Positions 15,194 through 31,263 of a stretch of 64,000 nt of DNA are shown piece by piece. The position numbers and the translations under genes were made by a program. This DNA is from the human T2T-CHM13v2.0 reference genome, Homo sapiens, in NCBI RefSeq assembly GCF_009914755.1, contig NC_060935.1. One strand, given 5' to 3'. Below the pieces are notes generated by a model. That model was not told the origin of the DNA, made no database searches, and worked only from the letters and a program-made list of their open reading frames with translations. The stretch's first letter is position 1; each line of letters begins with the position of its first letter.

Positions 15194-17365
15194 AGTTTAA
15201 ATATCCTTCAGCCCCAAGAACACCATAGTTTCAATAACTGTCTTAACTGCAGTAATCAATACTCATCTAAATTAAAGCTTCTCCCCTTCCTTGGTGGAGC
15301 TGAGAAGTCTAGTTGGGCTGGGGGATGTGAGGGGTCCTGTCATCATCTCTCTCTCCCTGCTCTGCATCTCTTCTACCCACAACAAGGCTGTCTCTGGCTC
15401 CTTCAGAGTGGGAACTGAAGCAGTGGGAAAAGCTATGGGGGTGTCAAAAGGCCACACCAATTAAGTGTGATGTTCATACCAACTTTTTCATGAGGGCCCT
15501 CCATACTCAATTCCCAGAACTTAAGTGAGACCTGGCCATTTACAACTCCAACCCTCCACCTCTGGGGTTTCCATGGGTACCTTCCTCCTGGTTCATGTCA
15601 CCTTCTAGGTGGCCGAGCACAGTGTCCCTTTCTAGATGGCTTTAAGCTGGTTTCACCCAGCAGCCTGAGGAAACACTAACGTCTTTCTAAGTACAAAGTG
15701 CTAACATACAGCCCTCTCTGTGCTCTGCTGCCTCAGGGCTACTGATCCATAGATTTGTATACTAAACCTTTCATTCCCCAAACTCGAGGGGATACATGTC
15801 AAATTCTCAGAATGACTCCATTGGAGCCTCCCTCATCATTTGGCTTAAATGAAAGGGGCTTAAGGAGAAGCATCTTTCTCCTCTCCTCCACTACGTGTGG
15901 AAGCAGGAAAGGACACCAAACATACAACATACTAATAGCTCTTTCCAAAAACATTGTCTTAGAACCCTTAATAATCTCAACACTTTTATTCCCTAGAGGT
16001 AGGTATGGGCTACATGTGCAAAACCAGTTTAAGGCTACCCACTATGCAAGTTCTTGGAATATGAGGATAACTTGGCACCTACTGTTTTATTCTGTCTTTT
16101 GGGTTTCAAAAGAAGCTAAAATGAATTAGAGTTCCAGTTAAAATTGTGTTATATGTATGTCCCAGGACATATAAAACTCGATTTACATGCTCAAGGTTTT
16201 TAAAACTTTCCTGAAGCTAAGTAATATACTTGCACACAGATCTCAAAGTAGGGGAGGACTGCAGTGGGGAAAGAAGAATTAATTTCCCCAAGCACAATAA
16301 GGACCTAGTTAGCCATTGGTAGCCTCCATTTTCTAAAACAAGAGCAGAGCAAATTCCTCTGGTAACACTAGAGAAGACTGCAGCAACTTCAGGCAGCTGT
16401 GAGCCAGAGCTGGGCTCCTCCTTGTGTCACTTTTTAGCAGCAGCTGTCATGTCACAGAGAACCTTTGTTCCCTGCAACATCCTCCCTTATTTTTTTTGTC
16501 AAATGTTTCCAATATGCTTGATATTCCTTCACTGAAGTATAGCTTTTGACTGAAATTAGTATTTCATTTAATCTAACATGTACAATTATATATGTCTATA
16601 ATTTAATCCCCAGAACTCTAATGCAGAATAATAAAAGCTACACTAAATCCAGTAATCCTTTTAGTTCCTTTTTAACAAAATTTAGTGAGGTCTTCAGTGT
16701 TGCCAGTTGTCTCAGACTGCCTAAAGCAACCATGTGCCTTCATTTGCCTTCCATACATTTTCAGCTAATATATATGTATTACCTCACATATAGTATTTAG
16801 TTGCAAATGAATGGGCCTGGTATGTGCCAGCAGAAAGTACAGTACAAAGTCAGCTTACAAACTGGTTCTATGACAAAAGTCTGTTTATAAGTTATTTGGA
16901 GTTTTTTCCTAAATTGCAGGTATATTCGGAGGCCAAACCACAAAAGGTACTACTGGATATGGCCCTGCCAGTATCAGCCCCAAGTTCCAACCTCCAAAGC
17001 ACGGTAATTTTTCCTAAGAAGAAATGGGAAGAGAATTTCTTTTCCTTTTCCAGAGGACAGAGCCAGGCCTAAACAAAACTTGTATAGAGGGAAAGCTTGT
17101 CTTTGGGGTACCACTTGTATACCCCAGCCTTCTCAGCCTGACCTAACTCCCCACTCCAATAGCTTTCCCTGGGTTTAGCCTTCTTCTGAAAACATTCTAA
17201 GTACAAAAACACTGTATCTCTCTTCCCACTGTCCTCAAATTAAAACCCTCAAGAGATATTCCTTGAATTCCCAAATTAAAACCCACAGACACATTCCCAC
17301 TAGCAGTGTTTGGGGGTTCCAATTTTTCAATATCCTCACCTAGACCTGTTATTAAACTCAGTCTT

Positions 17366-17677
17366 GGCCGTGCGCGATGGCTCACACCTGTAATCCCAAT
17401 ACTTTGGAAGGCTAAGGCAAGAGGATCACTTGAGCCCAGGAATTCGAGACCAGCTGGGCAACACAGTGAGACCCCCATCTCTACAAAATATTTAAAAATT
17501 AGTCAGATGTGGTGGTGCGTAACTGTAGTCCCAGCTATGTGAGAGGCTGAGGTAGGAGGATCACTTGAGCCCAGGAGTTAGAGGCTGCAGTGAGCTGCGA
17601 CCGCACCACTGCATTCCAACCTGGGCTACAGACTGAGATCCTATCCCCCACCGCCGCCCCCACCCCAACAAAAAAAG
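17366..17677 (+). mobile_element. AluJ
   Basis: AluJ diagnostics; C-rich insertion before the tail. Confidence 0.9.
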
Positions 17678-17954
17678 AATTTTTTTTTTTTACAACAGAC
17701 ACCCTACGGATGTAAAATAGTCTCTCACTGCAGTTTTAATGTGCATTTCCCTAGTGGGATGTTGAGTACCTTTTTGTGTGCTTATTGGCCATTTGTATAT
17801 CTTCTTTGCAGAAATGGCTACTCAAATCGTTGCCCCTTATTAAATTTTATCTTATCATTGAATGTAAGAGTACTATATTCTGGATATAAATCCCTTATCA
17901 GAAATATGATTTACAAATATTTTTTCAATGGTTTTCATTCATTCCTTCATTTAT

Positions 17955-18068
17955 AGAGATGTGATCCCACTATGTTGTCCAGGCTGGTGTCGAACTCTAG
18001 GCTTAAGGGATCCTGCCATCTCAGCCTCCTGAGTAGCTGGGACTACAGGCATGCATCACTGTGCCCAG
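17955..18068 (-). mobile_element. FLAM monomer within an old antisense L1 fragment (about 17690-18090)
   Basis: Antisense monomer; flanks carry L1 motifs (tgcttattggccatttgtatatcttc, gatttgcaaatattttctc). Confidence 0.75.
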
Positions 18069-18263
18069 ATGATTTGCAAATATTTTCTCTCATAGCCCCC
18101 TTCTTATAAAGCCTTCCTGCCATAAGTGAGTACATAGTTCCTAAATCTCAACTGTGGGGCGAAGTCTTATTACCCACCAACAACTCTCCACAATTCCAAT
18201 TCCACATACCCAGGATTTTGGGCAATACCTGCTCCTGAGCCATCAATCAGTTGTACTAGCCTC

Positions 18264-18277
18264 CCACTAGGTGGCTG
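18264..18277 (+). promoter_or_regulatory. Candidate CTCF core motif
   Basis: CCACTAGGTGGCTG, 13/14 match to CCASYAGRKGGCRS; motif only, no binding evidence. Confidence 0.3.
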
Positions 18278-18450
18278 TTCTACTGGGCTGACTGCTGATC
18301 TAGAATGAAACTTCCCTCACTGTAACTATCCCTCTAACACCCCATTCCCTACCCTGAGCTTTTCCTATCACACTGAGCTTCAGCCTATACCATGCCCTAG
18401 CATAGTTCACTTGTCCCAGTATGTGAATTTACCCTTTTTCATCAAATCTA

Positions 18451-18996
<546 letters not shown>

Positions 18997-19000
18997 CTAG

Positions 19001-19143
19001 TTTTTGAGACAGAATATCTCATTTTGTCGCCCAGGCTGGAGAGCAGTGGTGCAATCTCGGCTCAATGCAACCTCCGTCTCTCCCTGGTTCAAGTGATTCT
19101 CCTGCCTCAGCCTCCCGAGAAGCTGGGATAACAGGCGCCCACC
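19001..19143 (-). mobile_element. AluS right-arm fragment fused to MIR
   Basis: Antisense right arm ending at GGCGCCCACCAT, running directly into MIR CATTTTACAGATGAG. Confidence 0.85.
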
Positions 19144-19255
19144 ATTTTACAGATGAGACCATTGAGGCTCAGCAGTTAAATAACCTGCCAAAGGTCACAA
19201 AGTGGAACTGGGATTCCAATCAGGTCTAACTCCAATGCAATACTCCTTCCATTAT
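19140..19255 (-). mobile_element. MIR
   Basis: ccattttacagatgag...tgaggctcag...taacctgccaaaggtcac. Confidence 0.75.
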
Positions 19256-20419
19256 ACTTTCTTTAACCTGCCATACTAACATAGCACATAGCCTGCGACA
19301 GTTTAAAAAAAAAAATCCTGGTACCCCTTAAAATAAGTGATTCATTATTTTTTTAAATTATAAACTGCTACTGCCAAATAGAAAAGTAAAGTCGTTTCAT
19401 TAAAAATGGAAACGCCCCATTTGTAAGTTACGAGTAAAGGTGTAAGTAGGTCATTTTTTTTTAAATACACAAAGATACTGTTTGACCCAGCAATTTCAAT
19501 TCCAGAAACTTATCCTGCCGATAGGTCTGCACATATAAGAAATGATATGTACAAGGTTGTTCATAGTGAAATGTCTTTAAAAGACTGGAAACACAATGTG
19601 CTTCAGCAAGGACAATGTCATTCAGCAAATGCCTGGTTAAATTACGAAAGGTTCATTCAATATGAATATAACCATTAAAAAAAGGAATGACTTCATGCAT
19701 TAATATACAGCAATCTGCAAGATATGTTGTTAAATACCCACAGTTTATGTATTTGCTTTATGTGCACAAAATATCTCTGGAAAGATACACAAGAAACTGA
19801 TTAACTTTACCTGTGGGTTTAACTGGGTTGCTAGGAGATATGGATGGAAGGAAAACAATTCTTGTAGCTTTCAAATTTGAAATACATGAATGAAAGAAGG
19901 AACCCAAGAGTTTCGAAAGACCTAGACAGATTAAACATAAACTCTTTAGTAATAAAAGCTAGATTCTAGTCCCAGCTATACAAACAACTAGCTCAGTGCT
20001 CCTAGATGAGTAAATCTCTTAAACCTCTTTCCTGGCTCTCAGCTATAAATGAGGGGTTTGCCCTTCATGACCTCTTTAAGACTCTTTCCAGCTATATAAT
20101 TTTATTATGACACGTTTAGCTCCTACAATATGCCAAATATAATTTATAGGTGCTATCGAGGACTTCCTTGTTTTAAATTTGTGGAATACAGCAAAATATC
20201 ATATTTTAAAAGAGGAAGATTTGCTTGAAGCCCTACCTCTGCTACTTTATAGCTGTAGGATTTGCAGTAAGTCACTCCTCACTGACACCAAATTTAATTA
20301 CTTGCAAAGCTGAGAGATACTTTCAAGAGTTTTTTACAAGGAGTAAAACGTGAACATTTTCTGTACTTTACAGCTCCACATGAAATGTGAACTACTGCAC
20401 ACAGACTCCCCCTTCAGGT

Positions 20420-20635
20420 GCTATGAAGTAAAGAGCATGTATTTTAGAGGCAGTCAGACCTACATACCCCGCTTAATTGCTGTATCATCTTGGGAAAGTT
20501 ATTTAATCTCTTAAGTCTCAATTTCCTCACCTAAAAGATGATCATAATGATTCTTACTTGAAAGGGCTATTGTGAAGATTAAATGATATTGTTAAGTACT
20601 CAGTACACTGCTTAACTAAAACTGAGTATTCAAAA
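20420..20635 (+). mobile_element. MIR
   Basis: tcttgggaaagttatttaatctcttaagtctcaatttcctc...tgtgaagattaaatga. Confidence 0.75.
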
Positions 20636-20949
20636 ATTGGCTCTTTTCCTTTCCAAACTTAGAAATGGAAGGGTGCCCCATAAACAGGTAGGTAACCAAC
20701 TCACTTCTAGTTGTAACTTTTGCTTCCCAGAGTCTAGACTGTTACTTCCATTTTCACTTCCTCTCCCCTCTATCCCGTTACCTACCAATATCCTAAACCC
20801 CAATTTCATTTCTCACCTCTTCTAGAACAGAGAATGGTCTGTAGAAGCAAAACTAGAATTAAAGGGGGTGATTTCCACAGCACATGTTCTATTACTAAAC
20901 TGCTAAAACTGCCACAAGAATCTTCCCTAGGCTCACTCACCACCCCACT

Positions 20950-22170
20950 TAATCTACAAATACTAACTGAACACCTATAATGTGCCAAGCATTGTGTCAG
21001 GAGCTGAGGATCTAATCCCCAGGCTCTTAGAGGGCTGGCAGTTTCTTGAAGTATTGACCATCAATAAATAAGCAAACATAATACATCAGAGGTGATAGGA
21101 ACTCTGAAGAAAAATGAAGGGGGCTGGCAACAGCAGGAGTTGGAGGGGAGGATATGATACTGCATAAGATAGCCAGAGAAGGCTCCACGCACAATGTGAC
21201 ACTGGAGAAGGGAATCCTGGATCAACTGAAGGAGTGAGCCATGCTGTGATCTAGAGTATCATTCCAGGCAGAGGGAACATTAAGTTAAAGGCAGTGCGGT
21301 GAGAGTACTGTAACATGTCTGAAGAACAGCAAGACAGCCAGTGTAGCTACAACAACAAACATGAGAGAGTGGTTAATGAGTTCAGAAAATTAACAGGGAG
21401 GCAGGCGGAGACTTGCAGGCCAGAGTGAGGACTTCAGATTTTATTCAAAGTGAAATGAAAACCACTAGAGGGTCTGAGGCAGATGAATAAAATGTTCTGA
21501 CTTTCATATGAAAAGTAATACTGGCTGCAGTCAGAAGACTGGATTATAGGTCAAGGGTGAAATCAGAGACTACTTAAGAAGCTATTACAATAAATCATGA
21601 AAAGAAAATTGCAGCTTGAAGGGAGGTGACTGGAATGGAGGTGTAAAGTGGCCAGATCCGTGTTTACTTCCAAAGGAGGGCCAATAGCATTTGCAGATAA
21701 ACTGGATGTAGATACAGAGTCTGTCAGAAAAGACTCAAAGATGATGCCAAGTTTTTCTGCCTAATTAACTGTAAGAATGGTGGTACCATTTATTGGGCTG
21801 CAACAGGCTGGTGGGGTAGAGAATGGAGGAAGAATACAGAGTGGTTTTGTACATGTTCTGTTAAGACACTTATTAGACACCTACAGAAATGAGTCTGGGA
21901 TTCACTGAGAAGGTGGGGCTGAAGACAAATTTGGGAGTCAGGAGATAGATGGTATTGTCACAAGACGAATCAGACAGAGAAAACAACAGAGACTGGGACC
22001 TGGGGTACTTCACTGTTGGGAGGTTAGGAAAATGAGAAAGATCTAGGCAAGGAAACTGAGAAGGAGCAGCTAAAAGTAGGAAGAGAACAAAGAAAATGGT
22101 AGCCAGGAGGCCAAGAGAAGAAAATAATTTAAGAAGGAGCGAAAGATAAGGGTTGCTGATAGGTCAAGTA
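20950..22170 (-). mobile_element. L2 (L2a-like) long fragment
   Basis: Antisense L2 3' end (actgaacacctataatgtgccaagcattgtg) then attccaggcagagggaac, gatgccaagtttttctgcct, tgctgataggtcaagtaa. Confidence 0.8.
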
Positions 22171-22270
22171 ATCATAATAACAGTGACAGCAAGCACTTAC
22201 ATGACATTTACTATATACCAGGCACTGCTCTCTCTCTACAGATAAGGAAAAAAAGAACTGAAAGATTAAG

Positions 22271-22390
22271 TAGGGTGACCATATAAGTTACTGATAAACT
22301 GGGACTCAAAGAGGATGCTAATAATAATTACATCAGGACAACAGGCATAAACCAGGACTTTCCTAGGCAAGTAGACATATGGTCACCCTA
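22271..22390. mobile_element. hAT-Blackjack MITE (MER81-like)
   Basis: Perfect 14-bp TIRs TAGGGTGACCATAT / ATATGGTCACCCTA; 8-bp TSD-like AGATTAAG / AGGTTATG. Confidence 0.85.
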
Positions 22391-22669
22391 AGGTTATGCA
22401 TCTCTCTTAGGCATGGAAGGAATTCTTCCTTGTTTCTTATTCAGTGTTCTAATTGTAACCTATTGTGTGGCTACTGCTTTCCTTCCCAGCCTTGCATGCA
22501 ATGGACAGACAGGTTCTGATACTTCCTTTCAAAGGGATTAGCCAAGAACCATCCCACAGAGGAAATCAAAACAGTGTGTGCATACACACTGCTTCTGATA
22601 CTTTTTTCAAAACTCTGTGGCAAAGGATTTTTCACTGATTCGAGGAGAAACAAATTTAAAAGCATTTTA

Positions 22670-23304
<635 letters not shown>

Positions 23305-23393
23305 TAGGTCAGTTATACTGGAAAATTATTTCAATAATATATTTTAAAATGTGCTTGTTTCACAAGAACATAGCCATGAATGAAGGAAATTAA

Positions 23394-23787
<394 letters not shown>

Positions 23788-24013
23788 TAAATATCCCTAA
23801 GGGGAGAACACGGACTAGTTACATGAATTACAGCATATCTATCACAGCATAGCAAACAGCCATTGAAAAGAATAAGACACGTCTTGAAATGCCACATAGA
23901 TTTCAAGAGCATCTATGATATACTATTCATTTGACAAATAGTTGTTGTGTACTTAATACCTACAAGCTAGGATATGGTTCTGAATAAGAATAAAACCAGC
24001 ATAATTCAGGCAC

Positions 24014-24324
24014 TTGTTTTTTGTTTGTTTTTTGTTATTTTTAGAGACAATCTTGCTCTGTTGCCCGCACTGAAGTGCAGTGGCCCGATCACGGCTTACT
24101 GCTGGCTTGAACTCCTGGGCTCAAGTGCTCCTCCCACCTCAGCCTCCTGAGTAGCTGGGACTGTAGGTGCATGCCACCACGCCTGGCTAATTTTTTCATT
24201 TTTTTGTAGATATGAGGTCTCACTATATTCCCCAGGCTGGTCATCAACTCCTGGCCTCAAGTAATCCTACCACCTAGGACTCCCAAAGTGTTGGGATTAC
24301 AGGTGTGAGCCACTGCACCCAGCC
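24014..24324 (-). mobile_element. AluJ
   Basis: Antisense dimer; TSD TTC(A/T)GGCACTTG. Confidence 0.9.
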
Positions 24325-25055
24325 AGTTCTGGCACTTGTGGAGCTATGTTTTAGTGAAGACATATAGGTCTATGGCACAATAAAATTCAAAAAAGCAATC
24401 TCACACCTGTATCACTGTTGTTTTACTTTCCTAATAATACGAAGAACTAAATTCCTCATCAAGTTCATCTCAAAATGGGAAAGCAGCAGCAGCAAATGTT
24501 CTCAACCAGAGATTCCCTCCAAACCACATGCCTGGAGGCCGGGCCAGCACTTCTCTGAAAGTGGCTGTCTATTCACACCAAGGACAACCAGTCTTACTTT
24601 TGATTACTTAACCTCATTCTACCAGCAATTCTGTTTTTATAAAATATCTTATGGCACACAAATTTAAATCAGACTAGGTCGCTAGGGATAATTTTAAACT
24701 TTTATGTGGAGACAAACATGATTCATATCAAAAGGAACTATAAACATTTATCTTATAAAAATACCCAAGTACGTAGGTTTAAAAAGTCAAGAGCTAAACA
24801 GCACATGTTCACAGAATTTAAGACCCTGCTCACACCATTTAGAGACACAAATTATAGCTTGTCTGTATGTGCTCAGCCTAATTCATAGTAAAAGAATGCC
24901 ACATCAATTGTAAACCACATGAAAAGAAAGTAAACATGTAACTCTGAATCACATTTATATGCATATAATATAGGTCAGATTCTATAGCTATTATTGCATT
25001 TAGTAAAAGTACTTTCATAGTGCTTATTTGCAAATGCAGGAAGAGGCTTGCTCAC

Positions 25056-25504
25056 TGTAGTGGCCTGAATGGTGGCATCCAAAAAAGATATATCCAACTC
25101 CTAATGCCTGGTACCTATGAATATGACCGTATTTGGAAATAGGGTCTTTACAGTTATTAAAGTGAGATGGCCCTGGACCTAAATCCAACCACTGTTGTCC
25201 TTATAAGAGAAAGGAGGGTGAGATGCAAAACACAGAAAATAACCCAGAGAGGAAGGCCACATGAAGGCAGAGGCAGAGATTGGAGGGATGCATCCACAAG
25301 CAAGCCAAGGAGCACAAAGGGCTGCTGATAAGCACCAGAAGCCAGGACAGAGGCATGGAAATGATTCTTCCTCAGACTCCAGAATCAACCAGCACGACAA
25401 CAACTTGATTTTGGAGTTCTGACCTATGAAAAAATAAATTTCCCTTGTTTATACCACCAAGTTTGAGGTGGTTTGTTACAGCAGACCTAGGAAATTAATA
25501 TACA
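25056..25504 (+). mobile_element. MLT1 (C-like) ERVL-MaLR solo LTR
   Basis: TG start, tatttggaaatagggtcttt, gaaggcagaggcagagattggagggatg, gtttgttacagcag...taatataca end. Confidence 0.85.
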
Positions 25505-26287
25505 CATCTAAAATAGTCATTTGTTTACAATGCAGTAAGTCTCAAGAGCAATCAGTAAAGAAAAAAGAATTTAGCAAGTATTTTTAATTTATTATGTTAT
25601 AAAACAACACATCTTCATTGTAGAAAATCTGGAAAATCATTAGAAAAAACTATAAAATTCACCTTTAGAACCAAAGCCCATCTTCACAATCTCTCAACTT
25701 TAAAATGTGAAACTAGACATGTATTTTCTAGCCTGTGAGCTAAATAACCTGATCTTAAATTGTTCAAATAATGTCCATCATTAAATGCCTTTGTTTACAA
25801 TTAGGTTTATATGGCACTTACACAACTATGAAATTGAGAGTCTATGATGGAAATTCTGATCTAATTTTAACATAAGCCTTATAATTGAAACATACAAATG
25901 GGAACTACAAGGAGAGTTTTATTGTCATGGGGGTTTCCAGCGAGGTGCTTTCCCTTGATCATTTTGGGTCCTAAACTGTTCTGGTCTCTAATCATAATTT
26001 ACATATCAACCAAATCCTCAATTTTAGAAATAATATATGCAGAAATAAGAAGTGCAGAAAAGCAATAAATGCAGAACAAAATATTAACGAATTTTATTCA
26101 AGAGCTCTTGACTAATGTTCTTCCACATTTCCATTACATTTTTTTCAAAAAATAATTATCAATTAGATGCCATAAAATAAAGAGGAACATCTAACAGCTG
26201 CCATGTAATAGCAAATGTTGAAATACTGAGAATGAAAAATAGCTTGAAAATTATTGCCAAACCAAATCTTTGAATGCAGGCACATGG

Positions 26288-26586
26288 TTTTTTTGTAGTT
26301 TTTGTTTTGTTGAGATGGAGTCTCACTCTGTCGCCCATGCTGGAGTGCAGTGGTGCGATCTCGGCTCACTGCAACCTCCGCCTCCAGGTTCAAGTGATTC
26401 TCCTGCCTCAGCCTCCAGAGTAGCTGGGACTACAGGCACACGCCACTATGCCTGGCTAATTTTTGTATTTTTAGTAGACCAGGTTTCACCATGTTGGCCA
26501 GGCTGGTCTCAAACTCTTGGCCTCAAGTGATCCGCCCGCCTCAGCCTCCCAAAGTGCTGGGATTACAGGAGCCACCATGCCCAGCC
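26288..26586 (-). mobile_element. AluS
   Basis: Antisense dimer; TSD AATGCA(G/A)GCACATG. Confidence 0.92.
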
Positions 26587-26714
26587 AAATGCAAGCACAT
26601 GTTTTAATATTTCATTTAAATAGCCATGGTTTTTGTTATAAAAAGCAAAAGTCTCACTAACTCCAGGTAAATTTTTAAACTAAGCCTCTACTATTTAAAT
26701 GTTTATTCAAAATT

Positions 26715-27345
26715 AGACAGCATCCTCATTCCGTAAGTGTGAGCTGCACATAAGGACTTCCTTCCAAAGAATACAATATGGAAAAGGGTTGGGGCAGGGA
26801 GCAACTTCATAGTAGAGAAACCAGACAAACATTACCTCAGCCAGATGATCAGGGTCAGCATCAACAGTTACAAATCACGCTGACAGCATGTACTCTTGAT
26901 ATAATGTGATGAAAACGGTACTTCACCTCTGTGGTCTTCCTAACCCAAAACCCATAACCCTACACCTGTCATGAGAAGAACACTAGACACATTCTAATAG
27001 AGGGGCACTCTACAAAATACTTAATGAGTACTCTTCAAAATAGTTGGGTCATCAAAAACAAGGAAAGTCAGCCAAGAGGAGCCTAAGAAGGCATGACAAC
27101 TAAATGTAATGTGTTATCTTGATGGGATCCTGGATCAGAAAAAGGACATTAGGTAAAAACTATGGAAACCTGAATAAAGTATAGACTTTAGCTAATAATA
27201 ATGTATCCACATTGGTTCATTAATTCTAACAAATGTACCATACGTGTTAACAATAGAGGAACTAGGTGACAGATATATGGGAAGTTCCTATACTATCTTC
27301 TCAGGTTTTCTGTAACTCTAAAGTTCTTAAAGTCTACTAAAAAAA
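26715..27345 (+). mobile_element. L1M (L1MC/L1MD-like) 3' end
   Basis: cctcagccagatgatcagggtcagcatcaacag, catgacaactaaatgtaatg, aaaggacattag...aataaagtatagactttag. Confidence 0.75.
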
Positions 27346-28061
27346 AACTACATGGCAGTCATTTCTAAAAAATGCCAACTGAGGTTCTGGATAAGACTTT
27401 TCTAATCACCCACATGTAAAAGCTTAAATTTAATTAAGGAAAACAACTAGACCCACTAAACAGTTTCTAGCACTAAAATTAAATCCACATTTTAGGGTAC
27501 TCAGAGGCAAGATAAAGGGAGACCAGATCAACTCCACCTTTTTAAGCAAACATTTACTGTGATAAGAATGTAAAAATTCAGTCTCAAAACCACAGAGCTA
27601 TTAAAAACATTAATTTTAAACTAATAAAAAGACAAAAAAAACGTAGTTCAGAAGAGATTTTAAAGCAGAAAGCCCAGATCAGAAACCCATAACAGGAAGT
27701 TTGGTCCTTCTTCCACCATCTTGGACTAAAATTTTACGTCTCTGAACATATTTGACTGTTTCCTCATTTACATAATGGAAAGTGACAATCGCACAGTGCA
27801 ATATCCAAAAGATGCTCAAAAAATAGCCTGTCATAAATAAAAATATAAAATTCTTAGTCTTTTTACTTCACTCACATCTGCTAAAACCAATGCTTTCTTG
27901 GTGAGGTATGCATCAGTCTGAAGAGAATCAACCAAAAGAGAAAGACAGAAGGGGTACAAAGGAGGGAAAAGTAGGAATAGCATTTAACTATGTATATTAG
28001 CATTTTCCAGGCCCTCCTTTTTACAGTTTTTACATCTCCCCCTGCAAAAGTATCCTGATGA

Positions 28062-28384
<323 letters not shown>

Positions 28385-28750
28385 TCAACTAACACTTATT
28401 AAGATATCCCGAAAATTGTTACATTGTAATTCACCAAACTTTGGGTTCTACTGCAAATGAGACATTGGAAATAACAAAAATAAATGACTATCAGTTCCTG
28501 CCTTCAAGGAGTCTACTTATAGTCAAGTAGGAGGCAAGACAAGAGAACAAATAACCACCTTTTGTTGACAGGAGGATGACATCAATTAGAAAATGCACCT
28601 AATTACAGAGGTGTTAAAATAAGAAATTTTTTAATGTGTGCCTTAGAATGAAGGAGATACTATAGTTTCTGTGTGGTAAGAGTAAATTTAGAAAAAGGTA
28701 CTATGGAGGCATAGATGTTAATGTACTGCCATTTAACACTGCTACCCTTA

Positions 28751-29200
<450 letters not shown>

Positions 29201-29387
29201 TTAAAAGGCAAGATGAATTCATATTGACATTTCACTAAATTATTTGGGAAACAAAATTCAAAGGTAATTACTTTTAAGAAACGTAGCCTCTATCAACAAG
29301 AAGCAGATGATGAATGAACTTACTAGTTTTTCCTCTTGATCTTTCCCTACAAAACAAATCATTGCAAACTCTAAATGTACAAAGGGG

Positions 29388-29550
29388 AGCTGAGCACAGT
29401 GGCTCATACCTGTAATCTCAGCAAGTCAGGAAGCCAAGGCTGGAGGATCAATTCAGCCCAGGAGTGCAAGGCTGAGGTGAGCTACGATTGCACCACTGCC
29501 CTCCAGTCTGGGCAACAGAGTGAGAGAATGTCTCTAAATAAGTAAATAAA
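29388..29550 (+). mobile_element. FAM-like Alu monomer
   Basis: Single monomer with left-arm start and right-arm internal segment. Confidence 0.75.
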
Positions 29551-29777
29551 TGTATGAAGAGGACAACTGTAAAATAAGCCACATTTCTAAAAGAGAATCA
29601 GGTCATTTTCAAACGGAGCAGGAAGAATAAAGGAATCATTTTCATGATATTTCCCCTCACTGTTAGGACTAAAGCTGTCCTTTATACAGGAAAAGGAAAC
29701 CCTGTCTTCGCAAAATCCTGAAGGCTTTTCTATGTGTAAACCCTAGAGAAATACCTGTCAAATGAGTAACTATCCTA

Positions 29778-30162
<385 letters not shown>

Positions 30163-30514
30163 CTATTCAATTAACCATCCTGATAAGAAAAGCAAAACCC
30201 TTCTCTCACAGGAAGGCTCCTGAGCCCAGCCAGGTGCAGCACTACCTGTGTCTCCCAGTGCTGTAGTCATTCCAGCTCAGCAGGGCAGTGGAACAGCTGA
30301 GACAGAAGAAATGTTTCCTGAGGAAGGCAGAGTGTTTAGGAAAGATAACCCAAACACGGACATTTTGTACATTCTTTCAGTCCCCACTTTGGACTATTGA
30401 AAAGTAAATATAAATCAGACTTTTACAAAACTTAAGTATTAAACTTCAAATTCCTTCAGGGAAACATATCTGTATACTTTGACTCACACTTACTGACTTG
30501 GCAACAATACAGCT

Positions 30515-30720
30515 ATCATTTACTATGTGTCAGGCACTAAGTGCTTTACCATATTAATTCACTGAAACCTCACAGTCCATGAAGTAGGTGGTCTTATTAT
30601 CGTCTCCATCATACAGGTGAGGAAAGACTTTAAGTAACTTGCCCAGTCACGAGGCTAGTAAGCATGGAGCAGAAATTGATTCCCAGCAGTCTGGCTCAAT
30701 TCTGTGCCCCAAATTACATC
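30515..30720 (-). mobile_element. MIR
   Basis: tactatgtgtcaggcac...catacaggtgaggaaa...taagtaacttgcccagtcac. Confidence 0.75.
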
Positions 30721-30949
30721 ATTACAATGAGAGCTACCTTCAGAAAACAAAAATAAATGTATTGCCCCTGCTTTCTCTAGATTCATGGAGTAACATGTCC
30801 AGATTTTCTCAAATCCATCTCCCCATACACCTCCGTCAATCCTGACATTTGGCAATAATGCCAAGCAGGAAAAGAAGCTTTTCCCAAGGTATGTGAGTAA
30901 AACCTGTACTACAATAAAAATTATATTAACTATTCAGGTTCCCTCTGTC

Positions 30950-31263
<314 letters not shown>

